Positions 43,884-51,783 of a DNA stretch of 64,000 nucleotides are shown here, piece after piece. The notes beneath the pieces were generated by a model, which was not told the DNA's origin, searched no databases, and saw nothing but the letters and a program-made list of their open reading frames with translations. Within the stretch, counting starts at the first letter, position 1. Every line of letters begins with the position of its first letter. The position numbers were made by a program, and so were the translations under genes. Origin of the DNA: a bacterium (GTDB taxonomy: Bacteria; Hydrothermota; UBA3073; JACQXS01); NCBI GenBank assembly GCA_030605695.1, contig JAUWHX010000092.1, forward strand, positions 996-64,995, given 5' to 3'.

Positions 43884-43936
43884 TAAAAAAAGGCGTCCAG
43901 TTTACCCCGTTAATTGCGGGGCAAAGCCCAGACGCC
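43884..43936 (-). terminator. Rho-independent terminator with a nested hairpin
   Basis: GGCGUC...CCCCG-loop-CGGGG...GACGCC, followed by UUUUUUU on the minus strand. Confidence 0.65.
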
Positions 43937-43954
43937 CTTGGTTTTTAGAATACC

Positions 43955-45637
43955 CTATATGTTAGAGAGTGTGACTTGCTTCAATTTTGCAGGTAGGTCG
44001 TGGATTCTCTCTACATAAATTACTCTCTCCTTGCTAAAATACTCTCTTAACTCTAATTCATCACTTCCCTGCACACCTATACAGATTACCTTGATGTTAT
44101 AGGTATCAGCATACTGAAGCAAGTCTTCTATACTAAGCTCACCTCTCAAATCTCCATCTGTCAGGATAATAACCAGCTTCTTGTGTGCAGGTATTTCCTT
44201 TGCTAACCTCAGGCACTCTTTCAGAGCTAAAGAAAAGTTTGTGCCACCCTGAGCACTCAAGCCAACTGGAATTCGCCGTAATACAGTATCTAAAGATACA
44301 GACTTCTTGCCTTTAATCAACTGTGGCACATCATCAAATCCTAAAACCTGTGCTTTCACTCTTGGTATGGTTGAGAGTGCTTTGTAAAGAGTAGAAGCTA
44401 TCTGGATTGTGACTTCTTCTTTGGCTCCCTCTGCCATCGAACCCGAACGGTCAAAACATAAAATAATACTCGTCTCATCAATAATCCTTGCAATCCGCCT
44501 CACTTCTTTCCTGACTCTGGCTTCTTTTGGATTGGTCTTAATCTCATGGAAATGAGATGGACTAAATCGCTCTCCTACGACACTTGGAGCCATTCTCTTG
44601 ATGGTTCTCTGGAATAACATAGGTCTCAGGCTATTTCTCACCTCTCCCACAATAGACTCATTTATGTCTGGAATGCCAGGAGCTGTCTCTTTTTGCTCCT
44701 CTAAGTCATACGGTTTCTCAATACAGCTGTGCATCCTCTCTACAGACTCTTTAGCAATATCCTTCTCTACCTTTCTCATAGCTTCCCTGTATTTGTCCAG
44801 CACTCCATTTCTCTCTGCGAGTTTTTGCAGTTTAGCTGCATCACTCTTACTCAGCTTCCTGTTTCCAAAACCAGAGGATTTAGCTATCTTATCTACCATT
44901 TCAGGAGTCAGGTTACTTGCACTGGATTTGCCTGATTTCTTACCTTGCCCCTTGTCACCACCGCTACCTGCCTGTTTCTGCTTTTTCCTCTCTTCCTCTA
45001 TCCAGAAATCCTTTAATACTTTAAACAATCGCTTTACGAGTTTGGGCCTGTCTTTAATCTCTGCTTTCCGTGCTTCCTTTGCTATAGGCTTGAGTTTTTC
45101 AAAGGTCTTGTGTAGAGTGTGACTCTTGGGCAAGCTCCTGACATCCTTTCCATTAAACTTAACTCTCCTTTTCCGCATAAAGTTAATAGCTATGCCAAGA
45201 AGAGCAGAGAGTTTCTGCCTCTTTGTTTTCAAAGGCATTTTCTTAAGGTCTGTGCTTTGCTCGTAGGTTGTATTATTCAGGCTAATCGTGAAAGGAATTG
45301 AGCCGGGCCAGGTTTGAGGAGTAAAGTTAAAGTCATTGGAGTCACAGATGACATTGTTGAGTATCGCTGGTTTTGTATCGTTAGCTTCGCCACTCAAAAG
45401 GTGAGCAGATTCGTGATAAGCAAGTCCAACCACAATGGAGAAGAGGAGCTCACGGCTCGCATTTGCCACAAACTCCTCTCCAAGAAACTCTCCAAGTGTT
45501 GGCTCTGAAATTGGCAGTTGTAATACCTGTCTCGGTTTATAAATCGCACAGGGCTCAGGAGAATCTTCAACGGGGATAGTAAACCCTATCACTCTTCTAA
45601 CATAATGCCTTATATAATCAGCGAGTTCTGGTCTCAT
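43955..45637 (-). CDS. HExxH metallopeptidase-like N-domain fused to a vWA (MIDAS) domain; CobT-like
   Basis: GLAYHESAHLL (HExxH). K/G-rich linker. ILCFDRSGSM (DxSxS MIDAS), GGTNF, IILTDGD. Start at ATG 45637 after GGAGG. Confidence 0.7.
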   Translation of the reverse strand: MRPELADYIRHYVRRVIGFTIPVEDSPEPCAIYKPRQVLQLPISEPTLGEFLGEEFVANASRELLFSIVVGLAYHESAHLLSGEANDTKPAILNNVICDSNDFNFTPQTWPGSIPFTISLNNTTYEQSTDLKKMPLKTKRQKLSALLGIAINFMRKRRVKFNGKDVRSLPKSHTLHKTFEKLKPIAKEARKAEIKDRPKLVKRLFKVLKDFWIEEERKKQKQAGSGGDKGQGKKSGKSSASNLTPEMVDKIAKSSGFGNRKLSKSDAAKLQKLAERNGVLDKYREAMRKVEKDIAKESVERMHSCIEKPYDLEEQKETAPGIPDINESIVGEVRNSLRPMLFQRTIKRMAPSVVGERFSPSHFHEIKTNPKEARVRKEVRRIARIIDETSIILCFDRSGSMAEGAKEEVTIQIASTLYKALSTIPRVKAQVLGFDDVPQLIKGKKSVSLDTVLRRIPVGLSAQGGTNFSLALKECLRLAKEIPAHKKLVIILTDGDLRGELSIEDLLQYADTYNIKVICIGVQGSDELELREYFSKERVIYVERIHDLPAKLKQVTLSNI

Positions 45638-46010
45638 TTTTGCCTCCAATCGTTATGTCGTTGCCTGTGGAGGACTTAATCTTTCCTGCTACACCAAAGT
45701 TCTCTAAAACTTCCTTAACCTTGTCCTCCAACTCCTCCTGGTGTTCTCCATCAAGAAAAGAGTCAACCCTGATAATCATCTGCAAGAATCCAGTACCCTC
45801 ATCCCAATCAGGCACTTCATAGCATTGCTTCAATATCTCATACTCCTTATCTGTCAAATTTCCCTGATGCCAGTTCGAATGTAGTCGAAACAACAAAGCC
45901 AACACCGCAACCTCATCTCCGTCAAGAGCTTCTTCTATACTTTGCTCCTTTTTGAATACAGCTACTACATTTTCTATTGCTTCTTGCAAAACATCTGTCA
46001 ACTTACTCAT
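45618..46010 (-). CDS. Hypothetical acidic protein
   Basis: 130-aa ORF with a GGAGG RBS. Confidence 0.45.
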   Translation of the reverse strand: MSKLTDVLQEAIENVVAVFKKEQSIEEALDGDEVAVLALLFRLHSNWHQGNLTDKEYEILKQCYEVPDWDEGTGFLQMIIRVDSFLDGEHQEELEDKVKEVLENFGVAGKIKSSTGNDITIGGKNETRTR

Positions 46011-46197
46011 GCGACACCTCCTTATACTCTCCTTTTTCTATGCAGTCCTGAAATGACTCATCTGCCATTTGCTCTACAAGCCATTCATCAACTATATCCA
46101 TTGTGGCTACTTCATAGTCTCCGTTCTTAATGGCTTCTAAAGACTCTCCCTTTAACCTATATCGGTAGGGAACACTGATTGTGCATTCAATAATCAT
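46003..46197 (-). CDS. Hypothetical small protein
   Basis: 64-aa ORF overlapping both neighbours by a few nt. Confidence 0.4.
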   Translation of the reverse strand: MIIECTISVPYRYRLKGESLEAIKNGDYEVATMDIVDEWLVEQMADESFQDCIEKGEYKEVSHE

Positions 46198-46358
46198 TTT
46201 ACCTCCGTTGTCTCTTTTTGCCTTAACTCGTTATACCTATCAATTACCATCTGGAATGGTTTTAAGCCTCTTCTCAGCATTTCATTTACTGTGCTTATCA
46301 TAAGTTCAAAAAGAGTTTCATTATCGCAATCTTTAATATTCTCTTTTAGTAGTTTCAT
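46194..46358 (-). CDS. Hypothetical small protein (54 aa)
   Basis: Not in the track. GGAGGACAGG-ATG. MKLLKENIKDCDNETLFELMISTVNEMLRRGLKPFQMVIDRYNELRQKETTEVK. The stop overlaps the next ATG (ATGA). Confidence 0.45.
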   Translation of the reverse strand: MKLLKENIKDCDNETLFELMISTVNEMLRRGLKPFQMVIDRYNELRQKETTEVK

Positions 46359-46373
46359 CCTGTCCTCCTTACT

Positions 46374-46553
46374 TCAACAAATTTCTTTACCTTCTTTATC
46401 AACCACACAAGAGTAAATCCAAACCTCGTATCCTTCTAACCCGCACTTCGAACACTTTTGAGGAATTTCTATGGTTTCTCCAAGTCCATCAAACTTGAGC
46501 TCTTTTCTCCAATCCTTTACATATTCCCACTCATGGTCGCATTTCTTGCTCAT
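46374..46553 (-). CDS. Zinc-ribbon small protein
   Basis: Start at ATG 46553 after GGAGG. CDHEW ... CSKCG. Confidence 0.45.
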   Translation of the reverse strand: MSKKCDHEWEYVKDWRKELKFDGLGETIEIPQKCSKCGLEGYEVWIYSCVVDKEGKEIC

Positions 46554-46569
46554 CTTTTCACCTCCTCTC

Positions 46570-46767
46570 TTATGGAACATCTATATTTCCATTTCTTGCT
46601 GATTCGTTACTCAGCATATCAAAAATATTACCTATACTTTCTTTTACAAGAAACCTCTTATTCTCGCAAATAATCAAAGTACCATCTTTTTTCGCACCAA
46701 ATGTAAATAAATCAGGTGCTTCAAACTTAACTGGCTTGCCAGTCTTTGCATCTGTTAAAGTTATCAT
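46570..46767 (-). CDS. Hypothetical small protein
   Basis: Start set to ATG 46767 (MITLTDAKTGKP...) after GGAGG. The longer track ORF would overlap the upstream gene by 77 nt. Confidence 0.45.
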   Translation of the reverse strand: MITLTDAKTGKPVKFEAPDLFTFGAKKDGTLIICENKRFLVKESIGNIFDMLSNESARNGNIDVP

Positions 46768-46780
46768 TCTGCACCTCCAT

Positions 46781-47167
46781 TTAAGTCTCATAAACATCTT
46801 TCTCATCCACATCAGTTTGCACTTCCTCAAATTTCTCCAAATCATCTCTAACTTCATCTATGGCATTGGCTATCTGCTCCAAATCTCCTCCCTCAAAAAA
46901 CCTTGAACCTGTATCAACAACTCCCTTTATTATCCGGAGTGCTCTTACAAAATTATCATACACACCCCTCTGAATCGGACAAATTACATTCCTCGGTTTG
47001 TCTTCTGCTTCAAAATAATAGTCTTGTCTATCTTCTCTTGCCTTATCATTTCCTTCTTGACATTTCCTTAACTGCACTTTCCTGGAACCATAAATAGCGT
47101 GCAGAACTTTAATATCATTACAGTTATACTCATCAGCAGTTACTTGCCACACAATCCAAACTTTCAT
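46781..47167 (-). CDS. Hypothetical protein
   Basis: 128-aa ORF with a GGGGG RBS. Confidence 0.45.
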   Translation of the reverse strand: MKVWIVWQVTADEYNCNDIKVLHAIYGSRKVQLRKCQEGNDKAREDRQDYYFEAEDKPRNVICPIQRGVYDNFVRALRIIKGVVDTGSRFFEGGDLEQIANAIDEVRDDLEKFEEVQTDVDEKDVYET

Positions 47168-47192
47168 ATTACACCCCCTTTTACGCTTTCCA

Positions 47193-47567
47193 CTATGCTC
47201 CTTCTGGAACAGCCATACTTTTTCCCTCTATCTTCTCCGGTGTGATAACATACTGGAAAGCATTGAGACAATTCAACTTCTCGTGTCCTATCTCCATTAT
47301 CACTGCCTTCTCTCCTTCTGCCAGGTGCTTCTGGATAAACTCTGCAAACTCAAAATCTTCATAACCTTCATCAGGCCCACAATTAAACGGAATGTGCGAA
47401 TATCCAGCCAGGACTACTTCATTCTCTTTTAACTCCTCTAACGAATCCTTCGTGAAAACTTCAACATCATTCATCCAAATTTTCTCATTCTCAATAGCTT
47501 TTAAGAATACCTTCACATCTTTAACCTTAAAAGCATTGCTTCTTGTACAAGCCATATACTCAGCCAT
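47193..47567 (-). CDS. Hypothetical protein
   Basis: 124-aa ORF with a GGGAGGG RBS. Confidence 0.45.
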   Translation of the reverse strand: MAEYMACTRSNAFKVKDVKVFLKAIENEKIWMNDVEVFTKDSLEELKENEVVLAGYSHIPFNCGPDEGYEDFEFAEFIQKHLAEGEKAVIMEIGHEKLNCLNAFQYVITPEKIEGKSMAVPEGA

Positions 47568-47598
47568 TATTCCCTCCCTTTTACATAATCTACTAACT

Positions 47599-47814
47599 TT
47601 AGTTTTCCTCTGGCATTAAAGCCAATGATACCCTGGCTTTAATTTCATCAAATAATCCAACATCAATATTCTTACCCAGTTCATCTAATACCTCACTCAC
47701 TATATAATGTGCAAGGTCATCAATTTTACTGCCACCTGCTTTTAAATTACATAGCAGGGGGTCATAAATCTCCTGTCCACAAACCGGGCACTTACCCTCT
47801 CTTAACTTTCCCAT
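47599..47814 (-). CDS. Small protein with an N-terminal CxxC
   Basis: GKCPVCGQ. GGAGG RBS. Confidence 0.45.
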   Translation of the reverse strand: MGKLREGKCPVCGQEIYDPLLCNLKAGGSKIDDLAHYIVSEVLDELGKNIDVGLFDEIKARVSLALMPEEN

Positions 47815-47816
47815 TC

Positions 47817-47969
47817 TTACCTCCTTACAATAATCACATCATCTTCTTCCATATGAAGCCAGACATCTGACAACTCACCCGGCCGTAATATCTCTTCTCT
47901 ATTATCCCATTCTCCTTCACTGGCGAAGAATAGTTTAATCGGTTTATCAGTCTCGTTTTTTATCTTCAT
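47817..47969 (-). CDS. Hypothetical small protein (50 aa)
   Basis: Not in the track. GGAGGGG-TT-ATG. MKIKNETDKPIKLFFASEGEWDNREEILRPGELSDVWLHMEEDDVIIVRR. Confidence 0.4.
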   Translation of the reverse strand: MKIKNETDKPIKLFFASEGEWDNREEILRPGELSDVWLHMEEDDVIIVRR

Positions 47970-47977
47970 AACCCCTC

Positions 47978-48178
47978 CTAATCGTCTAATTCTATTACAT
48001 CTCTAATTTCCCAATCCTTATCTTCAGAACGAGTTGTCTGCTCAAAATCGGCATCAGCATGACCATTTTCTGCCATTTCTCTCGCTTCCTTTTTAGAAAA
48101 AGCATATGCACTACTTTCTCCAAATACCTTGGCTTCCCACTCTATCTTATACAACTTCTTTTTCTTACTTTGCATCAT
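47978..48178 (-). CDS. Small protein, member of the 3-copy mini-protein family
   Basis: ...LYKIEWEAKVFGESSAYAFSKKEAREMAENGHADADFEQTTRSEDKDWEIRDVIELDD. GGAGG RBS. Confidence 0.5.
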   Translation of the reverse strand: MMQSKKKKLYKIEWEAKVFGESSAYAFSKKEAREMAENGHADADFEQTTRSEDKDWEIRDVIELDD

Positions 48179-48312
48179 TCACCTCCTATTTTCTTCATTC
48201 ATCTTCACGGCTTGGTCCGCTGGGCTCCCCCCGATTAAGACAATCACCGTCTTTGCCTATCATCTCTTTCAATGATAGTCCTCTGTCCCCTTTGCAAACC
48301 AAGCCACGAACA

Positions 48313-48759
48313 TTACTCGCCTTTCTTATTAGTTATCACATAAAACCTATCATCCAGAATAGGTTCTAAAACTCTCTTAACATCCTTCCAGTCTAATCTT
48401 CCGTTTCCACATCCTGGGCGAGGAAGCACTACTTTTTTCCATTCATAGATGTTTGCGAAGCTCACTAAACATTTAGCTGATTCCTTAATCAAACTCATAT
48501 CTGCTTTTTCCCACCACTTGTGTTTCACGGGGAAGCTAACTACATCATAATCCCCGGTTCTATGAAATATGATGGGAAAATTCCCCCCTTCTTCAATTGC
48601 CTCACCTAATGTTTTGCTACAATTCCACCTTCTATCTGCTTCTTTTGCACACCCTCTGCCCATTACAGCTTCTCCATTCTTCTTAACATTACCATTGGTA
48701 GTAATACAAATGGCATCTGCATCCTTTTGCTCAAATAGGTCTCCGAAAATTTCCTTCAT
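48313..48759 (-). CDS. Macro-domain (ADP-ribose binding/hydrolase-like) protein
   Basis: DADAICITTNGNVKKNGEAVMGRGCAKEA ... LPRPGCGNGRLDW resembles the macro/Appr-1-p pattern (N...G.G.A ... G.G.GG). Confidence 0.6.
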   Translation of the reverse strand: MKEIFGDLFEQKDADAICITTNGNVKKNGEAVMGRGCAKEADRRWNCSKTLGEAIEEGGNFPIIFHRTGDYDVVSFPVKHKWWEKADMSLIKESAKCLVSFANIYEWKKVVLPRPGCGNGRLDWKDVKRVLEPILDDRFYVITNKKGE

Positions 48760-48783
48760 TTTGCACCTCTCTGTCTTTTTGTC

Positions 48784-49077
48784 TTATCTTGCACCTTCCT
48801 CTGCTTTTAACCAATTAGCCCTAAAGTTAGCTATTGCTTCCTCTAAAGTATCACCACTCCCCTGTATTTCGCCTCTCACATAGCCATTATGTCTAACTGT
48901 ATATATCTCGTGCCAGGTGTTTTCAAAATAATCATACTCAAGAACTCGCTCAAAAGCTATAGTGCCATCACGATGCTTATGATGGTCAGCTATAATCTTC
49001 TCCATAACCTCAGGGGCGAAAAATTCCCCAATCAGCTTGTTGATACTTCTATCATTTATTTCCATCTTGTCCCCCAT
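48784..49077 (-). CDS. Hypothetical protein
   Basis: 97-aa ORF. An alternative start lies at 49065. Confidence 0.4.
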   Translation of the reverse strand: MGDKMEINDRSINKLIGEFFAPEVMEKIIADHHKHRDGTIAFERVLEYDYFENTWHEIYTVRHNGYVRGEIQGSGDTLEEAIANFRANWLKAEEGAR

Positions 49078-49086
49078 GCTTTTATA

Positions 49087-49305
49087 TTACGCACTCAAGG
49101 CTCCGATAACTGCCTCTGCAATCATATCAATCATCCTCCAGTCCCCAACTATGCCACCGAGCTGTGCAATCCCACTCAATTTACTCAATCCACCTTCTGA
49201 ATACCTCATCAGGTCATCTCTCGTAATTTCTTGCCAGCTACCTTCTACAAAAACTTCAACAGAATTTTTATCTATTCTCCTTGCAAAATCTAATTCAGTT
49301 TTCAT
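49087..49305 (-). CDS. Hypothetical small protein
   Basis: 72-aa ORF with a GGGGG RBS. Confidence 0.4.
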   Translation of the reverse strand: MKTELDFARRIDKNSVEVFVEGSWQEITRDDLMRYSEGGLSKLSGIAQLGGIVGDWRMIDMIAEAVIGALSA

Positions 49306-49316
49306 CTTTCCCCCTT

Positions 49317-49667
49317 TTATTCTTCTTCATTCCAAGCCCTGATAATTCTATCAGCTTTCTCAGGGCTACATTCAATTAGTGCCTGACTCCCATCTGTATC
49401 TGCAAAATACACTCCTACCAAGTCCTTGCCATTATCACAACTTATCACTTTGTCCCTTTTCAGTTTTCTAAACACCGGCTTTGTCTTAAACTTATCAATA
49501 AACGCTTGCAGGTTTTCACAATCTTCGTGCCCTTCAATACTCTCAATCAATCCACTTGCTAAAAATTCAGCACCATGCCAGAAGAATACCATTTTCCTGA
49601 ACTCCTCATTAGATGATTCTTCTATCAATTTTAGTGCTTGCTTTTTTAATCTTTCTAATTTATCCAT
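49317..49667 (-). CDS. Hypothetical protein
   Basis: 116-aa ORF with a GGAGG RBS. Confidence 0.45.
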   Translation of the reverse strand: MDKLERLKKQALKLIEESSNEEFRKMVFFWHGAEFLASGLIESIEGHEDCENLQAFIDKFKTKPVFRKLKRDKVISCDNGKDLVGVYFADTDGSQALIECSPEKADRIIRAWNEEE

Positions 49668-49827
49668 TTTCTTTCACCTCCTTCACTTTAATTATCTCGA
49701 AACTATCTGTGACATAGCTTCCGTCATGCTGACAATCTAAATTCTCAACCTCAATTACAGCATCTTCCTTTGAATCTGCCGTTACTTCTTTCTCTAACTC
49801 TATCTGCCAGGTTACCTTATACTTCAT
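49660..49827 (-). CDS. Small protein (55 aa), member of the 3-copy mini-protein family
   Basis: Not in the track. GGAGG RBS and ATGA overlap with the upstream stop. MKYKVTWQIELEKEVTADSKEDAVIEVENLDCQHDGSYVTDSFEIIKVKEVKENG. Confidence 0.5.
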   Translation of the reverse strand: MKYKVTWQIELEKEVTADSKEDAVIEVENLDCQHDGSYVTDSFEIIKVKEVKENG

Positions 49828-50270
49828 TTTGCACCTCCAACTGCAAACAGTTTTAACTGCGGTTTACTTCTTTTATCAACAGACTTCCTTATCTTGAATG
49901 CCTTCATACTTTGATTATAGAGCCAAACTCTGAGTTTTTTCAGTTCCTGCTGGTCATATTCAGACAGCGGTTCCACATCTTGTAGAAAATCGGGTAATTG
50001 TTGTATCCTTTTCTTCAACACCTTTGCCGCAAAATACATATATGCCTTATACCCCTCACCTGATAGAGGCTCTACTAACGAGGCGGTTATGAGATAAGCC
50101 AGGCATTCACAATCACCAGCTTCTTCTTTTCCCATTGTTGAATAGACCAATCTTTCCTCCTTTATAGCTGTTCTTAGCCACTCAGGTATAGCATCAGCCC
50201 ATTGGATTCCTCCATGCCCATACAAGACTAAAGGTCTATTCTCTTTTGCCATTTCATTTCTACCATTCAT
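49824..50270 (-). CDS. Hypothetical protein
   Basis: 148-aa ORF with a GGAGG RBS. Confidence 0.45.
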   Translation of the reverse strand: MNGRNEMAKENRPLVLYGHGGIQWADAIPEWLRTAIKEERLVYSTMGKEEAGDCECLAYLITASLVEPLSGEGYKAYMYFAAKVLKKRIQQLPDFLQDVEPLSEYDQQELKKLRVWLYNQSMKAFKIRKSVDKRSKPQLKLFAVGGAK

Positions 50271-50291
50271 TTTACACCTCCATCAAGTCCA

Positions 50292-51701
50292 TCAAGTGCC
50301 CCTTATGATATACTCATTAGGCACTATGATATTGACTGCCTGTCTGATACGTTCACAGGCTAAAGAGCGGATATTCACATCTGGAATCGCATTCAAAATA
50401 TGCTCACTCAGTGCTATGACATATCTCTGTGGCTGATGCTGTCTCAGAGTTGCTGTCCACAGGAAATCTGCTACGCTCGTGTATCCTACATCATAGCCTA
50501 ATGAATCTCCTTCTACTGTATCAGTTAGAGTTTTGAATACATCCACTCCTATCTGCCAATTGATTTGCTGGTCAATATCTGGAATTCGCTTTTTGAGTGT
50601 CTTGTAAGCTGGTTTCTTGGCAATCAGGGACTTCAGTATCTTCTGGATAATCTTCGGGTCTTTCTCATAATCCTGATAGATTATAACAAGTCTTCTTGAC
50701 TCTGCGTTAGACAGCCTTTTCAGGTCATCTGTGAGGTATCTATCGCTGGTTAAGGGATTAGCAGTTAAAATAAACTGAACATGAGAGAAATCCACTCTTG
50801 CCTCCCTGCTTCCATCCTTATATTTAGAGCTCTGTATGGTATAGTATCTATCCTCATCTGAAAACAGCCTATAAAACTCTCTCCTGGTCTCATCAGAAAA
50901 ACTGTTGTATTCCTCAAAGATTACAAGAAGCTTAATTCCAAGCTCTTTTGTCTTCCTTGCCATCCTGCATAAGACTCCTTCAAGCACAAATGTGCCATTC
51001 TGGTCAAAATCTTCTCTGTCAAATAATCTATCCCCTTCAAGTCTTGCATTACCATCTATTATATACACTCCATAGCCTTCTTGATTAAGTTGTGCTCCAA
51101 AATATCTTGCTAATGCTGATTTCCCAGAGCCTGTTGGACCAAGTAAAGCAATTGATGGAGTGGTTTCATAGACTCTCTGTTGTAGACTCTCTAATACCAA
51201 AGGATCAGAAACAAAGTTAAGAGGTGGATTTACTATAAGATCAGAAGGCACACTATGATTACCATTACTCTTTTTAGCTTCTTCTATCAGCACTTTGAGT
51301 AAATTCTTACCATTTGTTTGAACTAAATGCTGCTGCAAGATATAGGGCTCAAGTTCAATATCAATCCTCTGGCGGCTTGTGTTTAGCCCCTGGTCCGAAA
51401 GCAACGATAATGCCAGTCGCTGTGCAAGTTCTCTCTGATGGTTCTGAAATCTCTCATCCTGACAGTATTCATCTACACTCAAGCTATCATCCAGAATGTC
51501 CATTACTTCTTCTGATTCGAGTAATAGCTTATCTTCCTTTGTCATAGTTTCATAACTAACTGTGCCCTTCAAATACCAGAGGTCACCTTTACCCTTTTCC
51601 AACTTATAGTCTGTTCGTAAGTCAAGAATACTGCTATCTTCCAGTGCAGTTCTTATCTTCGCAGATGAGATAGCTATATTAAGTAAGTCTTTTTCTCGCA
51701 T
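50292..51701 (-). CDS. AAA+ ATPase (MoxR/CobS/AAA_5-like)
   Basis: Walker A ALLGPTGSGKSALA, Walker B LLVIFEEYNSF. Start set to ATG 51701 after GGAGG. Confidence 0.6.
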   Translation of the reverse strand: MREKDLLNIAISSAKIRTALEDSSILDLRTDYKLEKGKGDLWYLKGTVSYETMTKEDKLLLESEEVMDILDDSLSVDEYCQDERFQNHQRELAQRLALSLLSDQGLNTSRQRIDIELEPYILQQHLVQTNGKNLLKVLIEEAKKSNGNHSVPSDLIVNPPLNFVSDPLVLESLQQRVYETTPSIALLGPTGSGKSALARYFGAQLNQEGYGVYIIDGNARLEGDRLFDREDFDQNGTFVLEGVLCRMARKTKELGIKLLVIFEEYNSFSDETRREFYRLFSDEDRYYTIQSSKYKDGSREARVDFSHVQFILTANPLTSDRYLTDDLKRLSNAESRRLVIIYQDYEKDPKIIQKILKSLIAKKPAYKTLKKRIPDIDQQINWQIGVDVFKTLTDTVEGDSLGYDVGYTSVADFLWTATLRQHQPQRYVIALSEHILNAIPDVNIRSLACERIRQAVNIIVPNEYIIRGT

Positions 51702-51783
51702 TTTTACCTCCAATTTTTCAAAAAGTGGGAATTGAGGAGTGAGAGTTACTTTCTGCTCACTTCTCACTCCTCGTTACTCGCTT

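Noticed and set aside
44598-45122. 174-aa plus-strand ORF antisense to the VWA gene
   Set aside because: It is a Ser/Leu/Phe-rich antisense artefact of the Lys/Glu-rich linker.
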